64,000 bases of DNA from Bugula neritina (taxonomy: Eukaryota; Animalia; Bryozoa), in the NCBI GenBank assembly GCA_964035545.1, contig OZ037767.1, forward strand, positions 17,171,781 to 17,235,780, read 5' to 3'. Of this stretch, positions 1 to 13,600 are shown piece by piece (position 1 is the stretch's first letter; each line of letters begins with the position of its first letter). Under the pieces are notes generated by a model. It made no database searches, was not told the DNA's origin, and was given only the letters and a program-made list of their open reading frames with translations. A program made the position numbers and the translations under genes.

Positions 1-795
1 GGAGGACATGAAAACGTGCTCATGGAAATGGTTGAAATCTCGTTGGCTGAAAAAGGAAACAGAAGGACTGCTGTTAGCTGCGCAAGATCAAGCACTTTCT
101 ACTAAAAATTATAAAGTAGCTAAAATGAAAGAACAAGGTAGCAAGAAGTGTCGGATGTGTAATGCAAGAGACGAGACTGTGATGCATATACTGAGTGAAT
201 GTGAGAAGTTAGCACAAGGAGAATATAAGAAAAGACACGACCATATGGCATTGATAATTCACTGGGAGTTGTGTGAGCTCCATGGATTTCAGAGAAGCAA
301 AAATTGGTACGACCACCAAGCAGAATCAGTACTGGAGAATGACGATGTAAACATTTTATGGGACTTCAACATACATACCGACAAAGTCATCGAAGTAAGG
401 AGGCCTGATATAGTAGTAGTTGACAAGCGTAATGCTGAAACAACAATCATCGATATCCCAGTTCCTGGTGACTACAGAGTAAAAGAAAAAGAATCAGAGA
501 AGATAGGAAAATATCAGGATTTAGCACTAGAGTTAACCCGACTTTGGAAAACATCAACAAAAGTCATCCCCATTGTAGTTGGAGCCCTTGGAGTTTCACA
601 CAAAACTGCAGAATGGATGGCACTACTTGGAGTAGGTAGCTGAAAACAAATACCCACTGATTCAGCAGACAGCCTTACTAGGATCAGCTCACATCTTGAG
701 GAAAGTGCTATCCATCCCAGCCTAGTGGAACTAAGCCGATGGTAGAAGGTTGCACCAGCTAAAAGCTGTGATACAACCAATAATAATAATAATAA
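1..795 (+). mobile_element. 3' end of an RLE-type non-LTR retrotransposon (R4/Dong-like), frameshifted, with (TAA)n tail
   Basis: ORF 8..643 has a CCHC knuckle (CRMC...HILSEC), RHDH, LWDFNI and the RPDIVVVDK...IIDI restriction-like endonuclease motif. The typical C-terminus (IQQTALLGSAHILRKVLSIPA*) continues in the +1 frame to ~725. A TAA repeat lies at ~779-795. Confidence 0.9.
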
Positions 796-959
796 AGAGT
801 TTGCATTAATAGCGTGATTGTCCCACCACCCAAATATGACAGAGCGGAGCTATAGATGAGGAAAGAAAAACATTAATAGTGTGCTTGTGAAATAAATTCA
901 GCTTTTGCTATATGTATTATAAATAGAAGTAATATAAAACCATTATATGTTATAATTGT

Positions 960-2795
960 TGTAGTTATAGTGTGCTTGTAAACATAAATAGCTTCAATAC
1001 TATATAATATATTATAAATAGAAGTAAAGTAATTATAAGATATATGCATATATTATAATGTGTTATTTTACTTATAATATTTAAACATTTGTGATGTCAC
1101 AAATTTACCTGAAATTAGAGCTTCTTCACCTGAGATTGCTTAGCCAGTATCTACACAGCCTCTTTCTGACTATACTTTGTTGCTGTCAGTTTCCCAGCTG
1201 GTACTCTGCACCTAGTCTATAGTATAGCTGAGTAACACATCACCTAGATATATTCAAGTCTGTATTATACGCTATACAAAAGATACTCAAATTTTTTTTC
1301 ATGGTATAAATACGAATGTAAAGGTTTTAGAAAAAGGCAGTCTGCCTTATCACAAATATCTTCATGTTGAATAGAAATATATTAGTTACATAAGTTCCCG
1401 TTACAAGTTCACAAGATAGAAAACTATTGATTTATATGAATGCATAAGGAGAGATGAATACAAAGTATCAATTTTTAGCCTATTGTCCATCCTTTTCTCT
1501 ACACTTTGACTACTGAGAGCGTACTTTAAGATCCCATTACATTTAATATAGCCTACATCAATGATTAACTGACAAATGGTTCTACACAAAGCTATAGTAA
1601 TTGAACTCAGGGCATGTTTAAAGCCAAAACAAATGAGATGTTTACATATAGTGATTGCCATTATAACTACTGGCCTAAATATTGGATAAAATTCCCTGAA
1701 TCTCCTATTTGACTCTTCAAGTTTATGTCATGTTTTATTTGTGAATTTTTACCTGCAATTAGAAAGTTTAAGCAGATGATATTAAACAAGTAAATGCCAA
1801 TATAATAAGTAATTTTCTTTGTGGAAATCTCAACCCAGTCATCTGATTTGAGTTTATGCTTGTGCCAATAAAACACATAATTGATTATATTTATGCTAAA
1901 TTTTTAAAATTGATGGTTAATAATCTAAGATATTCATTTTATTTTGCCATAAAAATGATTAAAATTGCAGTCTAAAAAAGATGACAAAGTGTAAAAGTGT
2001 ACTTCACTGTTTTTCTTTTACATTCTACTTTATAAGGCTAATACGCACAAGTTGAGGCCATGCTATAACTTGTGCACTAAAATCAGCTCTCAATTTTTAG
2101 CATAACCCCATATACTGTTCTATTCACACCTTGACCTTGACCTTGACTATTGTATGCATATAAACATGGGTATTGATTATAGCAGGTCTCATAGTATAAA
2201 CCACCGATGTATGATAATAGCTAGAATAATAAACCCAGCTATATTATTGTATGTAATAAATACAGCAGACAGCTGGTTGAAACAATCACAGAAAGTAGTA
2301 CAATAATAAGTCTCTATTCTTCAATAACAAAAATAATTTCACTGACTAACAAAACAACACAGCATATTATGCAACTATATAGATACAAGATATGATAAAT
2401 CCATAACATGTATATATATATTGATTATATACTATATTATTACACTATATCACTAAATACATCCCTAAACTATTAGTTGTCTTGTAGATATTTATAGTAT
2501 TAATAGTAAACTCTGTACACTTGGTGATACATTCAGATCATGTGACTAAAGAGCAGACGACTCTCTGGGTTTGAAGGAAACTTTGAATTCTCCTGGAAAT
2601 CTGATGAGTCCGTAGACATCAGGTTTGACATCCCCGGAAAGGCTGACCTTGAACTTCTGCAGAATAGCTGTGAGAAAGAGGAAGATTTGCCACTGGCTGA
2701 CAGTTTGACCTAGACACGACCTCACACCTGCAACACACAGACAGACGGTACAGGAGTGTACACTGTTTACCTCCTCAGGAGTGTACGCTGTCTAC
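960..2795 (-). repeat. Inverted segmental duplication of the CYP last intron end, last exon, 3' UTR and downstream DNA (partner ~14100-15625)
   Basis: Block ~960-1270 matches the reverse complement of ~15330-15625. Block ~2130-2795 matches the reverse complement of ~14100-14800. Homology ends at (CA)n/(CCA)n microsatellites at ~2800-2855. Confidence 0.85.
2546..2727 (-). pseudogene. Isolated inverted copy of the CYP terminal exon (VRSCLGQ...PRESSAL*)
   Basis: The reverse complement matches 14226-14407 at 172 of 182 nt, with an intact TTGCAG acceptor and TAG stop. No upstream CYP exons were seen on the minus strand between 2800 and 7500. Confidence 0.85.
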
Positions 2796-3634
2796 TTTAC
2801 ACACACACACACACACGCACACACCACCACCACCACCACCACCACCACCACCACCGAATCATACACTTCTTCTTTGACCATGTAGATAAGTTCCTGAAAA
2901 AAGTAGTCATTTAAGTCCAGCAGTTAATAAGCAATGCAATCGTCTAACCTAAGAGTTATTATATTATCTTTCTATACTTATGAGTCATCACAAGAACCTG
3001 CATGCTATTGGCTGGCAGATTTCCCACATATCATCTCTAGGTTTATTTATATCTGTTTATTTTTTATTGTAATTGTGGAACTATAGGATTAGCTGATGAC
3101 ATACAGAATGACTAGACAGAATATTGTGTTAGCTGTTAATAAATCCTACAGGCTATGCTCATCTCTTCTTAGGTTTAGTAATAGAAAAAATACCCAATTG
3201 CCTTAGTGAAAATTGGTTTGAGGGTAGGCTGAAAACATATTAGAGAATAATATATTAACTTCTTTTGAGGCACTTCTCACCTGGAATACTGGCTTTTCCC
3301 AACATGTCTATCGATGTACCTTTCCTAAAATATAATCAGTCATGAGGTATGGTAGCTAAATGCTTTGTACCTGCTCTGTTAGTTAGTGACTGCGGCCCTG
3401 CTCTGTTATGGTAACTGCAGTCCTGATTCATGTTTGGCATTCAGATTTTCAACTGACTGTTGATAGTATTATTATGGATTAATAAGTTATAATGAAAGTT
3501 GACGGAAAATAAGGATTTTGGAACAAAAAAGCTTTTCTGCTGAGTTGAAAAGAGGAAATGCATAATCTTACTTGCACGAGGAAATAGTATTTCCTGTTTT
3601 TTGTTTCTTCATACTTCAACATACCTCACCATTA

Positions 3635-3855
3635 AATAGGAAGTCCCTTCCACATGTGCTGCACCTGAATCACCCAATAGAAAGCCATCTCAACATGTGC
3701 TGTACTTCTATTATCCAATAGAAAAACTACTTTAACATGTGCTATTCATCAATCACCCAATAGAAAGCCATATCAACATGTGCTGTACTTCTACCAACCA
3801 ATAGAAAGTCTCTTCGACATGTGCTGTACATCCACAATCTAATAGAAAACCACGA
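3635..3855 (+). repeat. ~41-bp tandem repeat, about 5.5 units, carrying CCAATAGAAA and ACATGTGCT
   Basis: Recurrent ccaatagaaa...acatgtgctg units with variable spacers. Confidence 0.8.
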
Positions 3856-4712
3856 CCAGCAAGTTACGCTGTAAACTGTTCCTTTCACTTGCTAACGCTG
3901 GACAGAGCTGTATTTACTGATATAGAGTTGCCCTCTCATATATTATTCTATGACCTTATTTTATTTACTCAGGCTAAGAACCTTAGAGTATTATTGACTT
4001 CTGTGTTAAATACTACAGCAGCTAATTTACCATCTCATTTAATATATATAAAAATATTATCAAATAGCTTTCAACTTTTACAAGATGTATAAGAAAACAA
4101 TGTTAACGGACTAATGAACAGCACTGGCTCCTTATGATGTAGATTCTCACTGAATCTATCAGTTCACCTTAAATAGCAGACACATATTAGCCCAAGCCTC
4201 TATCTAACCCTAGCCCTACTAGACTTAGTTGTTTCATATCACTTATTTAAATTAATTTTGTGTAAAGGAACTGCAAAATCATTATAATTATGTTTAATAT
4301 GCAAAGGGTATTCCGTTAATTGACTTACTGATGGAGCTAATTTATTCCCAGTTGAGAATGAAATTAACTATATACTATGTCACATTGACAGTTGTATTCT
4401 ACCAGCTATGCTATATCTCAGTGACAGCTACATGTATACACTACTAACTATACCATATCCTAGTGGCTCGAATGTACTATAGATGCATACTAGCTGTAGT
4501 CGTTTAGCATGCTGAGCAATTACAGCTGGTATTATCTTTGATTATATCCACTTTGAATGATACCTTGACATTTTAGGCTCTGTTGATTTTGCTTTGACAG
4601 GCAAAAAGTAGTGGCTTTTGACACAATATGGCAGACAGGGTCTTCCTTTTGAAGCTACTTTATCTATTCTCAAGTGAGTTTATCTGGTTCCCATTAGGAC
4701 AGGATAGCTGAG

Positions 4713-4853
4713 TAGCTAAGAGAGAGGGGGAGGGGGAGCTAAGAGAGGGGGTAGCTAAGAGAGAGGGGGAGAGGTAGCTAAGAGAGGGGGGGTGGTAGCT
4801 AAGAAAGGGGGTAGCTAAGAAAGGGGGTAGCTAAGAGAGAGGGTAGCTAAGAA
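4713..4853 (+). repeat. Purine-rich minisatellite (GTAGCTAAGAGAGGGG-like)
   Basis: About 7 degenerate copies visible directly. Confidence 0.85.
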
Positions 4854-5145
4854 AGTACACATGTGTATGCAGTTTCCCAGCTTTAGAGAAGAATGAGATA
4901 TGATTATTGCATAGTCCTACTTCATTTACAGACTCTGGAGACTTTTACCTCCCCTCTGGCTGAATATTTCACCCTCAGTAACTTGGAATGTTTTGTGCTC
5001 CGTAGTTGAGGCTCACAAGAAACCGTCTCACATAGTGGGTGGACAATTTCTAATAATACGATCACTGTTAGCTCTTAAATCAACTTGGCATTATTTGTTT
5101 ATCTATCTTCGATGTAGCCACCCCTGTATGATTATGTTACGTATT

Positions 5146-5250
5146 TATAGTATATCCACCCCTCTCCTATATTAGTATATATAGTATATCCACCCCTCTC
5201 CTATATTAGTATATATAGTATATCCACCCTCTCCTATATTAGTATATATA
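5146..5250 (+). repeat. ~34-bp tandem repeat x3
   Basis: tatagtatatccacccctctcctatattagtata repeated. Confidence 0.85.
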
Positions 5251-7510
5251 ATATATATATAGCTCCTTGATTTATAGTTCTATTGTTTTCGCGTATCATG
5301 CAGTTCATTCACATCACCAGGCCCCCCTTGTACTAATGGAATGGATGGCTAGTAAGTATTAAATTGTGTTGCACTCATTCTGACATACATTATATATTGA
5401 GTGTCACCTTCCACTGTACATGTGCAATGCCTGTTAACAATATTATATTATAACATCTTATATAATACTACAATTTGAAATCATTTTTTGGAGCAGAAAA
5501 GTTTGAACTTTTGAACTTTTGAATACAACTTAATTTAGTGATGGTTATCAGCAGCGCCACCACGAATCTCTCTCATACCAACAAAACAGAAGTAGCACAG
5601 ACTGCAATCTACTAGAAGTTATGCCAGAAAGGTGTAAAGTTGCAGTTGTATGCCAATAGATACCAATCTACATCCACACTTGCCTGGTATGACTCTGTAG
5701 TCTATAATCAGAATTGTTTCAAGATGAAATCTTCCAGAGATATTATGTAATAATGCCAAGATAAGTGTAGCTTTAGCCCTCGATCTGTAATTAGCACATA
5801 CTTCACTGTACAACCCAGTTCACATGTACTACACCTACAGGGTGACATACATTTCGAAAATGACAATTGGAAAACACCTATCTGGAAACCGGACAAATCA
5901 CCAATAGACAACTGGAGAATAGACGTTTGGAAAATGAGGAATATTCAATATGGCCTAGTCTGGAGGGGGGTTCAGCATTTGGTTGAGTCTAAAATAGCTT
6001 TCAAAAATAAATATAAAGGCCTAATCAGTTAGGCTATCAGGGAGGCCATCATGGAAGTAGAATTATAGTCACCAAATAGTTCTAATTTAAGATTGCCCAT
6101 GTTTGCAATAAGCTATTTTGAACCCTGTCAGAGTTATCTGTTTTTTCACAAAGGCATTTTAGGTCATTTTTGAAATGTGAATTCCACCTACAGTATACAG
6201 GTTATCCCTGTCACTATAATTATAACTTAAGTGTCGGTGTAGAATCATATTATCATATTGTAATTCAGTTATAGCCAGTAATGCAAGTGGCACTATTAGA
6301 CTCTACATGATTAGTGACTGTAATGCCCGTGAAAATGGGAGCAATACCTTTTGTTTCTCAACAATAAGAATAGTACAGTCTGCCTACAGTCTGTATAGTC
6401 AGTTACTGCCTATTCATGCTGCCTATTCATGCTGACATTACATCAGCATAGTTCACCTCAACTGGTGAACTGATGACCCTGTGTCATCTACACTTACAGC
6501 CTCTATTCAATGGTGTCTGCATAATACTTTCAGTTAGTGGCACAGTTATAGAACGTTCCATAACATTTGAGATGTTAGACTGAGTTCTGAAGTTTTGAGA
6601 AGTTGAACCATAGGATTCCAGACTGTAGGGAACTCCTATGTTTTCTTGTTGAACACAACAAATCCCCACCTATAGGCAGTGATGCACTTAACCATAGCTT
6701 CTAATATGACTGCTTGCCAGCTCTCTGTGGTTCTACTAGCCAGCCTATCAGTTACTAACTAGACACCGGCAGCAATAGTCAGAAGTGGCAGCACTGCTAT
6801 GTTCTACCAGCATACTATTGCCACGTGTTTTTGCAGTTTCCTCTCTACAGATGTATAACTACACGTGAAAGCTTCTACTACCATCAACATTATGTATGTT
6901 AGCATAGTAATACAAGTAACCCAGAGTGATGGATCTATCACACTGGTTTATCTAGCAACTGCTGGAGATGGTCAGAGAGGGTAGGAGTGGATATAGATAA
7001 CCTAACTACCCCCAGCTCCCCCTGACTAAATGGCAGGTATTTTACTGCATAATCATCACAGGGGACTCTAGCTTTGCTATTGGAGTTTGAACAGGGTGCA
7101 GCAAAATTAGAACAAGTTAATTAATAGTCGCAAGTGAGTTACCATAGTGACCAGGGTCAAAATATGAAAGCATACCAAACAGTTTTGCAATTACAATTTT
7201 TATTAGCTTTGATGACTAGAAATTCCTCAACTCAAATCTCAAAATTAATGTTACCACCTCTGCCTGCCATTTTGGCCAACTGAAATTCTTGTAGATTTAT
7301 GTAGCATACTGCTACATAATTATTATCTACTTCTGTTGTTATAACTTATACTACCCCCACAAACTGCAAACTCATCAATCTATCTGTCAACGCTTGTCAA
7401 CTAAAACCAGAAGTGTCGATTGCAAGTGCGGCCACAAAACGTGATGCTAGCTATACGCAACTGCCAGCTATTATTATCGTCACGTTATTGCAGTACATGC
7501 AATCGCTACG

Positions 7511-7545
7511 TATATAAAGGAATGTCGCAGTCACCCCGTCATTCA
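7511..7545 (+). promoter_or_regulatory. TATA box plus initiator of the CYP gene
   Basis: TATATAAAGG at 7511 and TCATTC (Inr-like) about 30 nt downstream, in a CpG-containing patch about 120 nt upstream of ATG 7660. Confidence 0.65.
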
Positions 7546-7659
7546 TTCAACACGTGGTTGAGCTACTACACGCCGGTAGACAAACATTCCTATCACTACA
7601 TCACTATTAGTAACCACACTCACTATTATATTACTCCTACAACTCTGTGAAAAACGGAC

Positions 7660-10600
7660 ATGGGTTTCATATACGCTGTAAGTAAAGTTTAATTTCTCTA
7701 GCAAATATTATTCATGCTTATGAATATATTATTATATTTGTTGCATTTTTTTAACTTGATGTTAGTAAGTAACTAAGTTTGTTAGCCAAACTCAATAGTA
7801 AAACTAAAACTAAATTTAATAGTAATACTAATTAGTAATTATAATACAGTAAATGTAGTACTAATAGTAATAGTAGCACAAACTGTAAAGTGTAATGTAA
7901 TATTATTAGTGATAGTAATACTAGTAATACTAATACTAATAGTAATAGTAATACTAATACTAAGTCTAATACTAATGAGTAATAGCAATAGTATTTTTCA
8001 TAAATTATTCACTAAAACTAAAAGTAAAACGTATTACTTGTAGTTGTTGGTGAAATTAAATTTATTTCTAATGATAATTGAAATGTTGTTGCTTGCTGAA
8101 TTATTTATAATATATTTATAATAATAGAATTTAAACTCGTACAAAAATATTACAATTTACATGTGACATTTTAATTCAATTGTAATATATTAATTTAAAT
8201 ATTCATATTGGTATATAAATATTCACTTTCAGTGATACAATTGCAAGAAAAATGATGGTGAGTAACAACTAACGTGATTTTCTTTGATTTTCTTATAACT
8301 TTCCTTATCTTACAAACACTAATAGTAATACTAATAGTATGAGTCAATGAATGCACTTGCAGTTACACTAATAGTAATACTGTAGTAGCAATACTTCATC
8401 ATTGTGCTTGCTTCAAGTTCATAACCAATAGTGCTAGGATTTAGAAATGTTTTGCATGTGGCTAGTGTTCTAGTGTTATTGCATCTGCCAATACTTTGGC
8501 ACTCAGTGACTCAACAAAAATCAACTAATTTGAATATTTCACATGCTGGTTGATTCTTCCATTTCATTTCATAATTTTTGAGCTAGGTGCAGTAATGGCA
8601 CTGGTATTGATTACCAAGTTGATTTGGTAATTTGTCAATTGAATGTATGATAGAATAAATTTGCTTGAACAGAGAAGATATTTCTCTAGATTGAGCACTA
8701 GACTCAGCTTGAAGTAACTGTCTGACACAGCAGAGTGGGTCACTCTAAGAATGTGACCTTTCACCTTTAACCTAAACTACTAACATGCACACTGATTGCC
8801 CTTGGACAGCTCAGCATTCTCCATCTCCTTGTAGAACCTCGTGCAGACCACTTGGACCCACTACCTCTACGCTGCCATTGCTGCCGCACTTGCCTACGTC
8901 GTGTACACTAAATCCAAGAGAGCACGATTCCCACCAGGACCATTTCCTATGCCACTTATAGGTTGGTATTGCCTGGTAACATGATAAACATACCATATTG
9001 CTATACAACAGACAGCAGACAAGTCTTAACAGCAGTTTGTTTTCAGTGAATTCATAAATTTAGACTATTTCAGCACTTAGCCACTCCTTGTAGTTGTGTC
9101 AACTTCAATAACATAGCCTACAGTCATTGCAGCATTTTACTGTTGGGAGGGGGGGGCTTGTCTCCATCCCGGCCACATGTAATTTTAAGAGCCTAAGGCT
9201 TGGCATGCTGTTGTATAAGCTTTGTTATTCAGAAATAGAACAGCCAGGTTAATAACCTGCACCTGAATACCAGGTGTGCACTGGCCTGAAAATCCCTTAC
9301 ATCTTATATATACTCTCTATAGATTATGTGGCCTGGGGGAGAGTTTAGCTTCCCCTACTGTGATATATTCTCTGCTATAAATCATTTAAAGTACTGAAAG
9401 CTGGTGGTTTAATGTGACATTAGCTATAATATATGCAGCATTCCTGTCCATTTCTGTTGACAATACAGACTGGGTTCTGTAAAATACTCTATTCATAATA
9501 TATTAATAGAATGAGGTCACATTCTATAGCCTTAGCTCTTAACTTGTGCATTCAAGCCTGTCTCAACAAATAATATTGAAATGTGTCCACTTTCACACTA
9601 TTAGTAGTTCCCAGTACACGTGTACTACAGATTGTTTTTATCAACAATTTCGAGTCTAGACAGTAAAAGTACATTACGAAGTATCTATAAATAGTGCATG
9701 TTATGGTATTTACTTCAATATGAATCTATAAATAGCTCATGTTATGCAGTATTTACACCAATACACTCAGTTCGGAAGCTTATTTAAAACTTGGTGATTA
9801 AAACTTTAATGTTGTTTTGTTCCTAAAATACTTGTTGTTTATCACATGAAAGTCTAGACTGCCTGGACAGACAACTCTATACTGAAACATGAATACATAG
9901 CAGTGAATATATCTCAGACCTCATATTAATGTACCATAACAATATTGACATTATCCCCTACTTCAACACATGAATATACACATCACACTTTACTATTACA
10001 TACTAATATATTCATGGCAGTTATTTCTTATGCCCACTCACTTTAAAAGTTGTCTCCCTGCTCTGAAATATTTTATAGAATCTCTATTCAATACATTTAC
10101 TATGTTCATTCGTATTTCTCCCAACTCTTCCTTTCAAACATGTTATAGTTATAATATATTATAATGGAATTATATTATAATTATATTGCAACATAAAATA
10201 ATTGATTATAAGGCTTTTATAATATAGAACATGGCTCCTTGCCATACAAAACAATTTCAAACGTTTTTTTGTGTTCACTATTAACTGGTTTTCAATTAAT
10301 TTTCAATTTTGCAAAAATTCCAATATTCAACTTCAGGGGCTGTTGCTAAGCGATGCTGTATAAACACAACATAACGTTGGCATTCATTTGATATATTATT
10401 ATATTAAAATGGTTTATGGACGTATAAATTCCCATTAGCTACCACAAGTAGAATCTATTCTCATTACACCAGCAGTAATACACAACAGGTGCCTTGGGTA
10501 CACATAAATTATAGGTTTAGTAAGTAGAGGTCCTACGCCACTGTTTCCTGTCTTGTTACGGGTCTTCTCTCTCAGGATGCACCACTAGAATCATTGCGGA

Positions 10601-13600
10601 TGTGGGAAATGCAACTGTAAATTTTAGTCTAGCTGTTTTGACTCAGCGATTTTGTGTCTCTATTTCACAACATTAAATTCTTTCAGTTGGCAACTTTCCA
10701 AAGCTTTAAAGTTTAATTTGTCAACATTTCTGCAAGGCATTAGACCGTTTCAGAGAAATATATTGATTAATAGGATATAAATAACTTTGTTATTATAAAT
10801 TTATTTGAAATATTTAAAATCTTTAGCTTATACTGTCAAAAACAATTCCGTGTATTTCAGGAAATGCCCTGGGAATTCTGGGACAGCCCCTGCACGTAAC
10901 GTTTGCACAGTTGCAGAAGAAATATGGTGAGATATTTGCGCTGAAAGTGGCGGGAGTTGAGGTGGTAGTGGTAAATGGGTATGAGAACATACGAGAGGTG
11001 CTGGTGCATCAGAGCAAGAAGTTCAGTGGCCGGCCCAACATAACCTGGACCAGTCTCACTCAGAAACACGGTGAGTGTGGGTACTACTCAGTAAGTGTGA
11101 GTACTACTCAGTCACTAAGTACTACTCAGTCAGTGTGAGTACTACTCGGTCAGTGTGAGTACTACTCAGTCAGTGTGAGTACTACTCAGTCGGTGTGAGT
11201 GTTTGACTGTGAAATATAAGAGATGATTTAGAAATGGTATCCAATGTTCCACCAGTTATTCACAGCAACAGCTGAATAAAATACTCTGCAACTAAGCATT
11301 ACGTGTGAAACATGCAGATGCTTGCCATAAAGAATGTAAATCACAAGTTAGCACTGCTTGTGATTGTCATGCCATCATACCCAAACGTGTTGGTTGTTAC
11401 CAACCTCACTGTTGTATATAGTAAACTCATGTGGCTGTATATAGTATACTCATGTTGCTGTATATAGTATACTCACATTGCTGTATATTGTACGTCATGT
11501 GGTTGTTCCTACAGGCATATTCAGCTGCGAAGGTAAAACCTTCTCCACGCAGAAGACAATGGTGAGGAAAATGCTGGCAGAGGTGAACTGGGACGACGAA
11601 GACGCGGCTGAGAAGAGAATACAGAGTATAGGTAGAGACCTGGTGGCCTGGCTGGGAGAGACAGGTGTGTACCGAGGACTACCTGGTGTATTGTATTGTG
11701 TGTGGAGTTTCTCTCTCTATGCAATATCTGTGGGAGAAGATAACTACTGTTGTAAATTGTGATTACAAGATATTTTAGTCTAGAGTAGGATTTATTACTC
11801 ATCAAGTTGAGGCATGGTGTGTAGGAGTTGTGTCCCCTACTAACTTGTACTCTGTTCACACAAGGTAAGCCTGTGGACCCGCAGATCTACCTCGACACAG
11901 CCGTCTGCAACGTGACCAGCGGCCCGCTCATGTCCATCACATTCAAGCCGACCGATGATCTCATGCTAGCCGTCTCCAAGATCGCCATGGACATATTCAT
12001 AGACGCCGGGGCACAGAACGTCAACAACTACTTCACTTTCCTTCGGTAACTATATTTCTCTCCTTTTGCCTGCCTGTCTGTCTATGTCTGTCTGTGTGTC
12101 TATGTCTGTCTGTGTGTCGGCTACTATGTCAGTTACCACGGATACGTGTGTTTACAGTGATATCCCGGGAGACCCGACCAACTACCACGTGCTGATGAAG
12201 AACGCCGGCACAGCTATGGATGTTCTCTCAGGAGTTATCACCTCTCACAAAGAGAAGATGGTGGAAAACCCTTCATCTCCCCCAGCTGACTTCATAGACC
12301 ACTACCTGCACACGATGCAGTCGGGCACTGAACCTACCTGCACAGGTAAACGCTTCTCTTCTCTCTTAAGAATTACATGGTTGAGGAGAAAACATTATCG
12401 TAAAGTTTACCTTCTTCTTGACTTGGATGTTGTGGGTTTAGTCTAAGATTTTACACAACTTGACAGTGTAATGACAAAACCAGCTGAGGACATTTAGCTA
12501 TTCATTCTAACATACATGTGTTTCAGCACCTTGTAGTTGATACAACCTAAACTTGACCTCTCAATGACCTTGGCTTTTGGTATTCACGCGTTTCTAGTTC
12601 ACAACTAATGACATCACGGAATAAAATTTGCATGCATTTTTGATATGGCGTAGTAACTATACATACGGAGTTTTCCCCTCTTCATTGCAGATGCACAGCT
12701 ATTGGCTGTAGTGACAGACTTGTTTGCTATGGGTATTGAGGCTACAGCCACGATGCTAAGGTGGGCTCTACTCCTGCTCTCTCAACGCCCCCAGGTTCAA
12801 GCTAGAATACAGGTTAGAGATTAAATTGAGAGTTTTGTTTTCTTAACAAGATGAGACAACTTTACTGTGACAAAACTTAATTTCTCTATGTGTGACTGTA
12901 TTTCAATTGCAATGGTTGAACTGAAAGGTGAAGGTTGAGTGGGCATGATTATATAGCAATAGTTTTCTTTACTGCTAACAGCATCTACCATCTCATATAT
13001 ACGTCTGCACCTCATCTATACGTCTGCATCTCATATATACGTCTGCTGCTGCCATATCTCAGGGTTCAGGTTATAATAGACTTTTCCCCGTGTAGAAAGA
13101 GATTGATGAGGTTATGGGTAAGACGACCCCGTCCCTCGCTCATCAGCCAGAAATGAATTTCACAAACTCGGCTATCACAGAAATAAAGAGATATGTTAAC
13201 TTAGTCAGCATCAACCTCCCCCACGCTGCCACCGAAGATGCCATATTTCAAGGTGTGTCTTTCTTCTGCGTGTAAATAACTTCAAATCAATACAGAAATA
13301 TTGACTATTGATTTTCAGTTTGCTTTCTTTCAATATCTTTGCACCTTTTTCCAACCCTACTAAATTGAAACCTCAACCCGGGAGCGTCACAAACATCCTG
13401 ACTGCTGTATAGTCCTCAGGCTAAAGTTGCATTGCGAAGTATTATTTCATGAAGCCTGTGTTCTTATTTTAGGATACTTCATCCCAAAGGGAGCTGTGGT
13501 ACTGCCCAACCTTGCCTCTATCCATTACGACGAAGAAACTTATGCTGAGCCAATGACCTTCAAACCCGACAGATTTATTGAAGGCGGATCTTTCCAGAAG

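Noticed and set aside
11861-11870. AG|GTAAGC at the CYP exon 5 start as a recursive splice site
   Set aside because: The Gly-Lys codons (GKPVDP, typical of CYP2) explain it, and the upstream intron is only 200 nt.
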